Shown in pieces: positions 28,401 to 37,685 of a stretch of DNA of 55,775 bases. Origin of the DNA: Verrucomicrobiota bacterium (lineage in GTDB: Bacteria > Verrucomicrobiota > Verrucomicrobiia > Limisphaerales > SIBE01); contig JAQBVM010000003.1 in NCBI GenBank assembly GCA_027623095.1, forward strand, positions 1-55,775, in the 5' to 3' direction. The number at the start of each line of letters is the position of its first letter. Position 1 is the stretch's first letter. A program made the translations under genes and the position numbers. The notes beneath the pieces are model-generated. The model was not told the DNA's origin. It searched no databases and was given only the letters and a program-made list of their open reading frames with translations.

Positions 28401-29383
28401 GCGTCACCACGGGCGATGTGAATGGAGACGGCAAGCTCGATATCATCGCGTCGAATTGGGGCGAAAACAGTCCGTACCGCGCCACTCCGGAAAAGCCTTT
28501 GGTTTTCATTTATGGGCAACTTGCCCGGCCAGGCGTGACCGACATTATTGAAACGGAATACGACGCCGGCGGGAACCTCACGCCGAGGCATCCGATCATG
28601 ACCCTTGCTCCGTCGCTTCCATTTCTGTTTGAGCAATTCGCCAATCATCGGGCCTACAGCGAAGCCACCCTCGACCAGGTGCTCGGCGCGCGCAATGCCC
28701 TGGGCAGGCGAGTCGAAATCACAACCCTCCTTTCAACGGTTTTCATAAACCGGGGCGGCCGGTTTGAAGCAGTTCCGCTTCCTGCCGAAGCTCAGTTCGC
28801 CCCGGCGTTTGGCGTGAACGTTGGTGACATCGATGGGGACGGAAATGAAGATCTGTTCTTAAGCCAGAATTTCTTTGCGACACGACCCGAGATGCCGAGG
28901 ATTGACGCGGGAACGGGGCTCGTGTTGCGGGGAGATGGAAAAGGCGGGTTTGAACCGGTTCCGGCAGTTCGATCCGGCATCAGAGTCTATGGCGAACAGC
29001 GTGGTTCCGCTCTCGGCGACTTCGACGAAGACGGTCGAATCGATTTGGTGGTCACACAGAATGCCGCCGCGACAAAACTCTTCAGAAATGTGGGCGCGAG
29101 CCCGGGTCTTCGGGTGCGCTTGAATGGATCTCCGTCGAATCCGAACGGAATCGGCGCTGTCATCCGCCTTCAATTCGGAAGCGCCTATGGACCCTCGCGC
29201 GAGGTCCACTCCGGATCGGGATATTGGTCTCAGGACAGTCTTGTCCAGGTGATGGGATTACCTTCACCTCCGAAAGCCGTCCAAGTTCGATGGCCGGGAG
29301 GAAAGGTCACCTCGACCTCCGTCACGGACGGCGCAAGAGAGATTACAATCGACGTCGATGGAAATGAGCGCGGCGTGCGATAG
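25469..29383 (+). CDS. FG-GAP/VCBS repeat + ASPIC/UnbV protein (tandem paralog)
   Basis: Same architecture as 21698-25447; the N-terminus reads through a REPIN. Confidence 0.88.
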   Translation: MRILNEQRWGDTAFREANISCGQLTCRAWEASLWSPDTFRALEKVRAPQSVAPPQWVQGRNACAQQFLLLLVLFAFSFMPIFPSRAADAVWHSDTGFRWSELKVNMGGHSGFSLLAPEQTGVAFKNVLSEEAIAANRVLANGSGVAVGDFDGDGLPDLYFCGLESSNVLYRNLGNWKFEDVTANAAVACKGKLCRGAVFADLNGDGSLDLLVSTANEGVLCFLNDGSGHFTDATSTAGTKSQYAPMTMALADIDGNGTLDLYIANNRPDDIRDLGRLNVPIVNGKPSIPISLRNRLLFREGRVSEYGQPDQLLLNDGNARFKEVRWDDGTFLDEQGRKLTSAPLDWGLTVTFRDMNHDSAPDLYVCNDYWTPDRIWINDGKGHFRAIDNVALRKTCASSMGIDFGDFDRDGEPDLFVVDMLSRKSHLRKRQNMADKPETTPPGIVEDRPQVMRNTLFRNAGGGTFSEVSHFANLFASDWSWSPICLDVDLDGFEDLLISAGHFRDVQDMDAAMQIQAQQHSWSGYPNEAARQKAYTQELLEHYRLYPLLKMPVIGFRNLGNWKFEETTDQWGLTHESVRHGIATGDFDGDGDLDLVANSLNGTADLFRNESSAGRVLVRLKGQRPNTEGIGAKVEFRGGAIPMQSAEIISGGRYLSGSDTTVGFAVGDVKEGMTIEVRWRTGLVSVVSDVRANRFFEIGEPKRDGNESAPETADQVISSDSIRATPLFEDVSGAITHVHHETEFNDFERQPLLPFKLSQQGPGVAWFDLTGDGHDDLVIGTGSGGAPAVFQSDGSGKFSKLTRTPSFIAPRDTAGIVGWIAPGGRRELLMGITGYETAAEHGVDSFRVEGNRWIGSDQAAREMSSASALALGDPHGNGQLVLFVGGGVSPGQYPLGAPSKIYKHDGTRWRLDVRNSVLMERLGIVNGAVWSDLNEDGLAELVIACEWGAIRVFQSRSELLFDVTEEWGLSRYTGWWKGVTTGDVNGDGKLDIIASNWGENSPYRATPEKPLVFIYGQLARPGVTDIIETEYDAGGNLTPRHPIMTLAPSLPFLFEQFANHRAYSEATLDQVLGARNALGRRVEITTLLSTVFINRGGRFEAVPLPAEAQFAPAFGVNVGDIDGDGNEDLFLSQNFFATRPEMPRIDAGTGLVLRGDGKGGFEPVPAVRSGIRVYGEQRGSALGDFDEDGRIDLVVTQNAAATKLFRNVGASPGLRVRLNGSPSNPNGIGAVIRLQFGSAYGPSREVHSGSGYWSQDSLVQVMGLPSPPKAVQVRWPGGKVTSTSVTDGAREITIDVDGNERGVR
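25491..25629. repeat. Family B REPIN with a 60-bp insert in the left arm
   Basis: GGTGGGGCGACACT[60 bp]CTGTGGAGCCCTGAC...GTCAGGGCTCCACAGAGTGTCGCCCCACC; sister copy at 53378-53607. Confidence 0.9.
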
Positions 29384-29405
29384 CCCATAAGCGGCTCCTA
29401 GATTT

Positions 29406-30407
29406 ATGAAAGCACTCGTTTTTAAAGAGATTAAGAAACCCCTCAAATTGATAGAGCGGCCGGGCCTTGCTCCGCAAAGCGGACAAGTCGTCGTGGCGCT
29501 CAAAGCCGCCGCTCTCAACCGGCGCGATTATTGGATCACGCAGGGACTCTATCCGGGTGTCAATCCGGTAGTCGTCCTCGGTTCGGATGGCGCGGGAGTG
29601 GTATCGTTGACTGGCGACGGGGTCGATCCGTCGTGGAAAGGTCGCGAAGTAATCATTTATCCCGGCCGCGACTGGGGCGATTCGGAGGCCGCGCAGTCGA
29701 AGAGGTTTCATGTTCTAGGTGGTCCGATGGATGGCACCTTTGCAACCGAGGTGGCGGTTCCGGCCGCGCAACTTCATTCAAAACCCTTGCATCTCGATTG
29801 GCGGGAAGCGGCCGCGTTGCCATTAGCTGGTTTGACTGCGTATCGCGCGCTTTTTTCCCACGGTGGCGTGGAGTCCGGCGAAACCGTTCTCATTACAGGC
29901 ATCGGAGGCGGTGTGGCGACCTTCGCTCTTCAGTTCGCGGCGAGGGCGGGCGCCAAAGTGTGGGTCACTTCGTCATCGCCGAGAAAGATCCAACAGGCTG
30001 TCGGACTGGGCGCTCAAGGAGGATTCGATTACACAAATCAAACCTGGCCGGCGGAATTCACAAAGATTGCCGGCGCGCCGAATCTAATCATCGACAGTGC
30101 GGCCGGGAAGGGTTACCGCAGTTTGATTGAAATTGCCGCGCCGGGAGCACGGATTGTTAATTACGGCGCCACCGCGGGGCAGCCTGAAAAGCTCGACATG
30201 TTCAGAGTTTTTTGGAAACAGCTTCGATTAATCGGCTCGACCCTGGGATCACCAAAAGACTTTTCCCGTATGCTCGCATTCGTTGAGAAACATCAGATCA
30301 AGCCGGTGATCGACGCCGTGTTCCCCTTGTCCGAGGGCAATCAAGCGATCGAACAGATGGCGAGATCCCCGCAGTTCGGGAAGTATGTGCTGGAAATAAA
30401 GCATTAG
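29406..30407 (+). CDS. MDR-family (quinone oxidoreductase/zinc-binding ADH-like) oxidoreductase
   Basis: AAALNRRD, LGSDGAG, AAALPLAGLTAYRAL, TGIGGGVA, QFGKYVL. Confidence 0.9.
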   Translation: MKALVFKEIKKPLKLIERPGLAPQSGQVVVALKAAALNRRDYWITQGLYPGVNPVVVLGSDGAGVVSLTGDGVDPSWKGREVIIYPGRDWGDSEAAQSKRFHVLGGPMDGTFATEVAVPAAQLHSKPLHLDWREAAALPLAGLTAYRALFSHGGVESGETVLITGIGGGVATFALQFAARAGAKVWVTSSSPRKIQQAVGLGAQGGFDYTNQTWPAEFTKIAGAPNLIIDSAAGKGYRSLIEIAAPGARIVNYGATAGQPEKLDMFRVFWKQLRLIGSTLGSPKDFSRMLAFVEKHQIKPVIDAVFPLSEGNQAIEQMARSPQFGKYVLEIKH

Positions 30408-30429
30408 CGCCAGACCTGTGGCCTCGATT

Positions 30430-30553
30430 CAGCAATTCATTTTGGCTCGGCGCGCGCCCATCCAGGGCGCGGCGGGCAGAGGAAAACGAACGCCGCAGGC
30501 TATTCCCCAGCGCTTTCGCTTTCCAGGGCCGCGCGCCAAAATGAGAATTGCTG
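30430..30553. mobile_element. 124-bp MITE-like element with terminal inverted repeats and 9-bp target duplication
   Basis: CAGCAATTC--ATTTTGGC ... GCCAAAATGAGAATTGCTG; flanked by GCCTCGATT (30421-30429) and GCCTCGCTT (30554-30562). Confidence 0.7.
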
Positions 30554-30639
30554 GCCTCGCTTCCAAACACCGCTGCGCGAATTCTTGATGTGTTGTTCAA
30601 CCGGCGCGCGAAACTCGCCGCATTCCTTTGAGTAGCTGG

Positions 30640-30843
30640 GAGCGTCGAGATTTCAACGGCCTCGTTGTCCGAGAATTCTTCCAACATCACCTCATCGCGA
30701 ATCCCGGTGTTCCGGTCTGGTGGCCGCAGTTCTGTCTGACCTACGACATCACCGTGGCCGGATTTCTGGTCTGGCCGCTCCGCCTCATCCCTTTCCTCGT
30801 AATCTCCCTTCCCGAAAGGGTTACTCCCCAAGCTCCTCTATAA
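30640..30843 (+). pseudogene. Fragment of an unidentified gene
   Basis: DFNGLVVREFFQHHLIANPGVPVWWPQF..PLRLIPFLVISLP has strongly C/G-ending codons but no credible start. Confidence 0.35.
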
Positions 30844-31050
30844 ATATCCTCCGAAACAAAATTGCCTGATAGACCATCAAGGTCAGGAAATAACGTTCGA
30901 TTCTGCTTAGAAGGTGCTTCCAAGTGACCCAAAGAACATGATTGGAGGGACGAGATCGATCCGCGCTGTAGGCTCAGTGGCTCCGCCTCGGAGGCTGCGC
31001 GCGGGAGGGCCGAAGCCTCCGAGTCCGAAGAATTGTAGCAATAACCGCAA

Positions 31051-32406
31051 CTATCGGGACGGAGACACCGTTGTGTTACCGATGGCCAGCAGGTCATTGC
31101 GGGTGCGGAAGAGCAACCGGCCTTCCGCTATTGCCGCTGTGGACAAGAACGTTTCTCCCAGTTGGTTAGTCGCACTGACGGAGAAGGAAGGCTTTGTCGG
31201 GACTACGAAGACTTCCCCCTGCTCACTGGTTAGATAAAGGTTTCGGCCGTCCGAGACGGGTGACGAGGTAAATCCCTGTCCGGCGCTGAGGCGTTCGCTG
31301 TAATGGATCTTCCCGGTTTGCGCGTCAAAGCAGGTAAGAATGCCGTTGTCGGTGCATCCCCAAAGCAGCGAGCCGACCAGGATGGGGGTTTGCATGTAAT
31401 TGCCTTGGCGTGCGTGCGCCCAGGCAATGGCTGCGTTGGTGGCTCCCGGATCTTCTGGCGTGACTGTGCCTGTGGAATCCGCGCGAACCGCGCGCATCGG
31501 ACGAAACTTTCCATGGGCGCTCGTCAGGTAAATGAAACCGTACTCGCGGCTGAAGACCGGAGTCGGCACGGGAATGTCCCCGCCCTCGGACAGTTTCCAC
31601 AGCTCGCGGCCCGTTTGAAAATCGTAGCCACCGGTGTGATGCCAGCCATTGACAACAATTTGTTTCCGATCAGACGTCTCCACAACGGTGGGAGTGCTCC
31701 AGGTCGGCACATCTTCGCGGGCCACTCGCCATTTTTCAGTTCCGTCCTCGATTCCGAATGCCGCCACGAAAGAACCCTTCTGGACGTCGCATTGCACGAT
31801 GACAGTATCGTCATGAATGACCGGCGAGCTGGCAAACCCCCATTGCGCGGTCGGCACAAGATAATAACCGGAATCCATCGCGCCGAGATCCCTTCTCCAA
31901 ACCAGCCCGCCTTGGGTATCGAAACAAAACAAGCCTTCGGATCCCAGGATTGCGACGATGCGCTTCCCGTCTGTGGCCGGCGTTGAGTTATTGTGGGTGG
32001 CTTTGGTGTGCCGTTTGACTTTCGGGATGCCATCGTGCGCAAGGACGTCCCAAACAATGTTTCCGGTATTCAGATCCACGCATAGCAAACGCCATTGATG
32101 ATGCTCGTTTTCGGTCACCGAATCAATGTTGCCGTAAAGTCCGACCTTGAGACTCGACTCGCCCGGTTTGATGGCGGTTGTCAGGTAAATTCGCTGGTTC
32201 CAGGTGATCGGACTCGAATGGGACAATCCGGGAATCGGAGTTCTCCAAGCGATATTCTCGCCCGTTTCGGAGTTCCAACGCACCGGCAGTGCCCGGGAAT
32301 CATCCACGCCGCGAGCTTCGGGACCTCGAAACTGCGGCCAATGAGCCTGAATGGTGGATACGGCGCAAAGACTCCCGATGATCGTGAAGCGAAAGAGGGA
32401 TTGCAT
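31051..32406 (-). CDS. PQQ-binding-like beta-propeller protein (BamB-like repeats)
   Basis: Signal peptide, WPQFRGP, WRTPIPGLSHSSPI, STPATDG, WSTP, FTSSPV; start MQSLFRF at 32406. Confidence 0.9.
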   Translation of the reverse strand: MQSLFRFTIIGSLCAVSTIQAHWPQFRGPEARGVDDSRALPVRWNSETGENIAWRTPIPGLSHSSPITWNQRIYLTTAIKPGESSLKVGLYGNIDSVTENEHHQWRLLCVDLNTGNIVWDVLAHDGIPKVKRHTKATHNNSTPATDGKRIVAILGSEGLFCFDTQGGLVWRRDLGAMDSGYYLVPTAQWGFASSPVIHDDTVIVQCDVQKGSFVAAFGIEDGTEKWRVAREDVPTWSTPTVVETSDRKQIVVNGWHHTGGYDFQTGRELWKLSEGGDIPVPTPVFSREYGFIYLTSAHGKFRPMRAVRADSTGTVTPEDPGATNAAIAWAHARQGNYMQTPILVGSLLWGCTDNGILTCFDAQTGKIHYSERLSAGQGFTSSPVSDGRNLYLTSEQGEVFVVPTKPSFSVSATNQLGETFLSTAAIAEGRLLFRTRNDLLAIGNTTVSPSR

Positions 32407-32476
32407 GCGTCTCAGCGTAAGATCCAAAGGCGCCTTGTCGAGATTCTTCCCACCAATTCGAAGCACCCCCAGCCGG

Positions 32477-32702
32477 AGAATATGAAGAGACTTCGATGAA
32501 CGCGGGAGCGTCTTGGACTGCGGTGACGAGCGGAGCGATTCACCGCTTTCGCTTCGGCGTGTCCGAGAGCCCGAGGGAGTTCCGGACAACTTCGTTCGAG
32601 TTCAAACGCGGCAACTGCGCCTGCCTTCGCTCGGAAGCCACGGCAAGGAAGGCAGGCTCCATTGCCGCTCTCCGAAACCTGGCGGAAGATTTGACGGATC
32701 CC
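32477..32702. repeat. Family A REPIN with a 33-bp nested insert
   Basis: Aligns with 5784-5980 and 21168-21372; extra CTGCCTTCGCTCGGAAGCCACGGCAAGGAAGGC at 32621-32653. Confidence 0.85.
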
Positions 32703-32704
32703 AA

Positions 32705-33175
32705 TTACGATCTGAACAGGTTCTGAATGCTGACCGTGAAAGCCGGCAAGAGCGACTCCTGAAGCATCTCCCGGCACGCAAGGATCCTCTTTAATGCCAG
32801 GCCGTAGGGACCGCTCTGATAGATCTCAACATTATCGTATCGGGGATCAACCATCCAAAGGCGCGGAAGATTCAGTTCTTCGTAAATGGCTTTTTTGATG
32901 ACGGTATCGATTTGGTGATCCTTCGCGTCGATCACTTCAGCGGCAAGAAACAATCTCCCGTTCGCTGCGGTCACCAATGCGAGGTCGGGACGAAATATCG
33001 TTCCGGCTCGCACCTGCACAACCGAACGCGGCGGAAGCAATCGCGTCGTGGAAATCCCTGTCACCCCGTTTGCCATGAGAGAATGCAGACGATCGCAGAC
33101 GATTTCGTGGCGCCGATCTGGCGCGGGTCGCAGGAGAGATTCCCCGTTTACGATTTCTTCGTACGCCTCTGCCAT
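32705..33175 (-). CDS. Uma2 family (PDDEXK-like) endonuclease
   Basis: EIVNGE, P..RH, RPDLA, LAAEVI, D...KKAIYEE, WMVDP; overlaps the uvrA stop. Confidence 0.85.
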   Translation of the reverse strand: MAEAYEEIVNGESLLRPAPDRRHEIVCDRLHSLMANGVTGISTTRLLPPRSVVQVRAGTIFRPDLALVTAANGRLFLAAEVIDAKDHQIDTVIKKAIYEELNLPRLWMVDPRYDNVEIYQSGPYGLALKRILACREMLQESLLPAFTVSIQNLFRS

Positions 33176-36015
33176 GGATTCTTGATGAGCGTACGAAGAA
33201 ACCGACCCGTGTGCGAGCGATTATTCTCCGCGACCTGTTCGGGTGTTCCGGCTGCCACGATTTTTCCCCCGCCCCCGCCGCCCTCCGGACCCAAATCGAT
33301 TACCCAATCGGCTTCCGCGATAAGTTCCAGATTATGCTCGATGACGATCACGGAGTGGCCGGCATCGACGAGACGGTGCAGAACATCCACGAGCCGTTGA
33401 ACATCGGCGATATGAAGGCCAATCGTCGGTTCCTCCAGAATGAACAAGTTCCGCCGCAAATCCGCCCTCAAGCGCGTTGTGTTCTCGTTCAACCCCGCGA
33501 GCAGATGGGTCACGAGCTTGAGCCGCTGCGCTTCGCCGCCGCTGAGCGTCGGGCTAATCTGGCCGAGCTTCACATAGTCCAGGCCCGTGTCCCTTAAAGC
33601 CTCGAGAGGACGCAGGATCTTCTGGAATGCCGCAAAATAAACGATCGCTTCCTCAACACTCAGTTCCAAAACTTGCGCGATATTTTTGCTCCTCAACTCG
33701 ATGTCGAGCGTCTCGGTGTCAAACCGTGTTCCATTGCAGGTTTCGCACCGCACAAAGGCTGGCGGCATGAAGCTCAATTCCAACTTGATCGTTCCGGTTC
33801 CCTCGCATTCCGCGCAGCGTCCCTGGGAGCTGTTGAATGAGAACCGGCTTGGCGAATAACCGCGAAGCCGCGCTTCCGGTGTCTGGGAAAACAGCCGCCG
33901 GATCTCGTCAAAGAATCCAACGTACGTGGCCGGAATCGAACGCGGCGTGCGTCCGATCGGCGATTGATCCACTTCGAACACGGCCCGCAGGGACTCGTGA
34001 CCGCTCAGCCGAAACGCGGGAGCGGACTTTATTCGGGATGAAGGCTTTTGCAGCGCCACCTTAAGCGCCGGCCACAGGCACTCCCGAACCAGCGTGCTCT
34101 TTCCGGAACCGCTGACCCCTGTGACCACAACGAAACGATTGAGAGGAAAGATCGCATCGAGACGGTTCAAATTGTTCTTTGACACCCCACTCAGCACGAG
34201 ACTCGCATTCGAATCCTTTTGAAGACAAGCTGCTTCTTTGGATCCGGTTTTCTCGAGAACTACAACTGGACGGCGGGATCGTCCGTGCGGGAACGATCGC
34301 TTTTCCCTGAGGCATCGGCCGGTGACCGATTCGCGATGACGCATCAACTGCGCGAGCGTGCCGGTGGCGACAACTTCTCCGCCATGCACTCCGGCTTTCG
34401 GACCGAGATCCACAATGAAATCCGCGCAACGCATTGTCTGTTCGTCGTGTTCGACCACCACTAAAGTGTTTCCTCTGGCTTTCAGGATCTTCAACGCGTC
34501 CAAGAGTTGCTGATTGTCGCGCGCGTGCAGACCGATCGTGGGTTCGTCGAGAATGTAGAGAACACCGCTGAGATTTGAACCAAGTTGCGCCGCCAATCGG
34601 ATGCGTTGCGCTTCCCCGCCAGACAGTGTCGTCGCGCCGCGACCCAGTTGCAGATAACCAAGACCCACCCGTTTCAGAAACCGAAGCCGCTCGCGAATCT
34701 CTGGAACAATATCACGCGCTATTTCAGCCTCGCGCCGTCGTAGCCGCAGCGATGAAAAATACGCGAGTGCTTGATCCACGGAAGCGTTTGAAAGCGCTTC
34801 CGTCGTCAATGGACCAAATAGCGATGCCGCAGAACCCTTGCGTGATTTTGAGCGCCGTCCTTCGGTCGCCAGGCTCCCTTCGAGATTTAGGCGGACCGCC
34901 CTGGCGACAGGATTTAACCGGCTTCCGGAACAGTCGGTGCAGAGTTGCCTTTCGCTCTGTTGCCATTCGTACCAGGATTCCTCGATCGCATCCGCGCGCG
35001 CGCCTCGATCCACGTCAGGCAGATAAAACAGCTCCCCGAATCCGCGGCATGCCGGACACCATCCTTGCGCGGAATTGTAACTGAAGTTCTTAGGATCCAG
35101 CGGTTCGAACGATTGCCCGCACTCTGGACACGCCCGGAGCGTGGAATGAATGGAACTGCGTCCGTGATTGTCCAACGCGAGAAGCGCTCCGTGGCCGAGA
35201 TGCAGGGTTTCATCGATAATTTCCCGCTCTGTTTTCGGCTGCGCCGATGTTTTCTGTTTTGATGGCTGGCGTTTCCGATTCGAGTCGAGAACGCCGGTAA
35301 CGATTTCAATCGTGTGTTCACGGAATCGATCCAGCCTCAGCCGCCCTGACGTCGCAAAGATTTTCCCGTCCGCCCGGATCTCGGCAAATCCCTGTTTCGC
35401 GGCCCATGCCGCCACATCGGTGTGAAATCCTTTTCGGTTCTTAACAACCGGCGCCAGCAGCAGGAGATCACCCCGTCGCGCCATCTCTCGCCGAAGCGAT
35501 TCTGTGATTTGATCCCGTGTTTGCGCCTCCACAGGAAGATCGCATTTCGGGCAGAACTGGGAACCGAGCCGCGCAAAAAGCAGTCGGATGAAATGGTACA
35601 CCTCCGTGACCGTTGCGACGGTGCTCTTTCCACCTCCGCGCGAGTTTCGCTGCTCAATGCTGACCGTCGGCGGGATGCCCGTCACCAGATCAACATCCGG
35701 CCTTGCAAGTTGCTCGACAAATTGCCGTGCGTAGGCATTCATCGAGTCCAAGAATCGTCTCTGCCCCTCGGCGAACAAAAGGTCGAATGCCAGCGTGCTT
35801 TTGCCTGAACCGCTGACGCCGGTGATGACGACGAACCTATTGCGCGGAATTTCCAGCGAGATGTTCTTGAGATTATGCTCGCGGGCGCCATGGATCGAAA
35901 TCACGTCTTTCCCCACAGCGAGGCTGGTTTCATGCGAAATCACGGGGCATTCATACCATTGCAGCGTGATTTGGAAAGAGGAGACAAAGAAATCGCGGCG
36001 CTCTAAATCCACCAA
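33148..36015 (-). CDS. uvrA: Excinuclease ABC subunit A
   Basis: GAREHNLKN, two GVSGSGKS Walker A motifs, two LSGGEAQR signatures, CxxC zinc fingers; start uncertain. Confidence 0.93.
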   Translation of the reverse strand: MVDLERRDFFVSSFQITLQWYECPVISHETSLAVGKDVISIHGAREHNLKNISLEIPRNRFVVITGVSGSGKSTLAFDLLFAEGQRRFLDSMNAYARQFVEQLARPDVDLVTGIPPTVSIEQRNSRGGGKSTVATVTEVYHFIRLLFARLGSQFCPKCDLPVEAQTRDQITESLRREMARRGDLLLLAPVVKNRKGFHTDVAAWAAKQGFAEIRADGKIFATSGRLRLDRFREHTIEIVTGVLDSNRKRQPSKQKTSAQPKTEREIIDETLHLGHGALLALDNHGRSSIHSTLRACPECGQSFEPLDPKNFSYNSAQGWCPACRGFGELFYLPDVDRGARADAIEESWYEWQQSERQLCTDCSGSRLNPVARAVRLNLEGSLATEGRRSKSRKGSAASLFGPLTTEALSNASVDQALAYFSSLRLRRREAEIARDIVPEIRERLRFLKRVGLGYLQLGRGATTLSGGEAQRIRLAAQLGSNLSGVLYILDEPTIGLHARDNQQLLDALKILKARGNTLVVVEHDEQTMRCADFIVDLGPKAGVHGGEVVATGTLAQLMRHRESVTGRCLREKRSFPHGRSRRPVVVLEKTGSKEAACLQKDSNASLVLSGVSKNNLNRLDAIFPLNRFVVVTGVSGSGKSTLVRECLWPALKVALQKPSSRIKSAPAFRLSGHESLRAVFEVDQSPIGRTPRSIPATYVGFFDEIRRLFSQTPEARLRGYSPSRFSFNSSQGRCAECEGTGTIKLELSFMPPAFVRCETCNGTRFDTETLDIELRSKNIAQVLELSVEEAIVYFAAFQKILRPLEALRDTGLDYVKLGQISPTLSGGEAQRLKLVTHLLAGLNENTTRLRADLRRNLFILEEPTIGLHIADVQRLVDVLHRLVDAGHSVIVIEHNLELIAEADWVIDLGPEGGGGGGKIVAAGTPEQVAENNRSHTGRFLRTLIKNPWQRRTKKS

Positions 36016-36029
36016 ACTTCAAAACGGAC

Positions 36030-37571
36030 TTGCGCTCTCTCGCGGTCGAACTGCTTTGCCTAGGTTTAAGGCTCGCAATTTTTGCAATTGGTCTGCTATT
36101 GGTTGCGACTCTTGTGAAAACGCAAATCCCTACCAGTTCTGCAAACCCACCCACCGGCTGGCCGGCACGACTGTTCAAGCGGACACATACCGAATTGATT
36201 GCGCTGATCGTCGGCGTTGCAGTGTGCTGGCCTATTGTGAGTCACGCGCAGGACACTGCGGCCCGTGATACCAAGTCAACGCAACTCTACGCTCGGATCA
36301 AAGGCGCTCTGAACTCCGTAGCCGCCATCGATACCCATGAGCACTTAAGACCGTTCGATGAGATCCCGGACCGAGTCAACACGACTCTGGGACATGGGAT
36401 GACGCTTTATAGCATTTGGGCTCACAGTTACCTCCGGCGGACGACGCCCATCACTCCCTGGCCCGCCGATGGTTTGTTCGATACTTGGTGGCGGGATGCT
36501 AAAGATGATTTTGACGATGCTCGAGCAACCAGCTTTTACCGGTATCTGCTTCCCGCCTTCCGCGACCTTTATGGCGTCGAGTTTGATTCTATTACATTGG
36601 GGGAAGCACGAGAACTGAACAGTAAGATATTTGACAACTACAAGAGCGACGATTGGTTGCAGCGAGTTGTTACCGAGCGCGCCAATATCGAGTTAATGTT
36701 GATCGATCCGTATTGGAATCGATTGCAATTTGCACGTGAGTACACGTTCGCGGTTCCCGTGCTGAACGTAACGACGATTATGCGAGCCGTTCATCCCGAT
36801 CGGTTTACATCGGACTTCGATAGCCCCTTTGCTTTCGCCAATCGCAAAGGGCTAAGGACCGATACATTCGACGAATTCCTAAGCGTCATTGACGCTCTGT
36901 TCGCGGAGGCAATTGCAGCCGACACGATTTGCCTGAAATCAACTCAGGCTTATCAGCGCTCGCTGGATTACGGACGCGTGACCAAAGACCAAGCGGCCGC
37001 CGTATTCGGTAAATCGACGGCAGATACGACGAACGAAGGGCAGAAGCAGTTCGAAGATTTTATGTTTTGGCACATCTGTGAGTTAAGCGCCAAATACGAC
37101 TTGCCGTTTCAAGTTCACACGGGTGACGCACGAATTCAGGGTTCCAATCCGATGCAACTGGTGGATGTGATTGAAGCAAATGGGAGTACCAAGTTCATTC
37201 TGTTTCATGGCGGATATCCATGGGTCGGAGAGACGGGAGCGATCGCCATGAAACACCGAAATGTCTGGATCGATTCCTGTTGGCTGCCCACTTTGAACTA
37301 CACGATGGCCAAACGTGCGTTTCAAGAATGGTTGGATGCGTTTCCTTCCGACCGGATCATGTGGGGAGCCGACACGGTCGATGCGGAAGGCATTTACGCC
37401 GCGACGGAATTCACGCGCCAATGCCTGGCTGAAGCATTGACGGAGAAAGTCGAGCGTGGCGAACTGCTGGAACAACACGCCAATCGTATCGGGCGGCAGG
37501 TGATGCGAGAAAACGCGTTAAAACTGTTTCCAAGGTTGAAGCGAATGCTGTGGAGGCAATCCGACGAGTGA
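36030..37571 (+). CDS. Amidohydrolase family 2 protein
   Basis: [43 protein letters not shown]; start uncertain. Confidence 0.85.
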   Translation: MRSLAVELLCLGLRLAIFAIGLLLVATLVKTQIPTSSANPPTGWPARLFKRTHTELIALIVGVAVCWPIVSHAQDTAARDTKSTQLYARIKGALNSVAAIDTHEHLRPFDEIPDRVNTTLGHGMTLYSIWAHSYLRRTTPITPWPADGLFDTWWRDAKDDFDDARATSFYRYLLPAFRDLYGVEFDSITLGEARELNSKIFDNYKSDDWLQRVVTERANIELMLIDPYWNRLQFAREYTFAVPVLNVTTIMRAVHPDRFTSDFDSPFAFANRKGLRTDTFDEFLSVIDALFAEAIAADTICLKSTQAYQRSLDYGRVTKDQAAAVFGKSTADTTNEGQKQFEDFMFWHICELSAKYDLPFQVHTGDARIQGSNPMQLVDVIEANGSTKFILFHGGYPWVGETGAIAMKHRNVWIDSCWLPTLNYTMAKRAFQEWLDAFPSDRIMWGADTVDAEGIYAATEFTRQCLAEALTEKVERGELLEQHANRIGRQVMRENALKLFPRLKRMLWRQSDE

Positions 37572-37574
37572 ATT

Positions 37575-37685
37575 ATGAAGGCCCAAATATTCGCATTCGT
37601 CATGATTTTTGCGTTCTTGTGCAAAGCTGCAATCGCCGACTCGCCGGACGGTTTTGACGATCGAAAATACGGCCATTCCGAATGA
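37575..37685 (+). CDS. 36-aa signal-peptide-like small ORF (small protein or gene remnant)
   Basis: MKAQIFAFVMIFAFLCKAAIA-DSPDGFDDRKYGHSE*; ATG 3 bp after the previous stop; ATGA overlap with the next gene. Confidence 0.5.
   Translation: MKAQIFAFVMIFAFLCKAAIADSPDGFDDRKYGHSE

Noticed and set aside
5784-32702. Family A repeats as a CRISPR array or ncRNA gene
   Set aside because: Dispersed, variable intergenic inverted-repeat doublets typical of REP/REPINs; no regular spacing and no recognisable RNA family.
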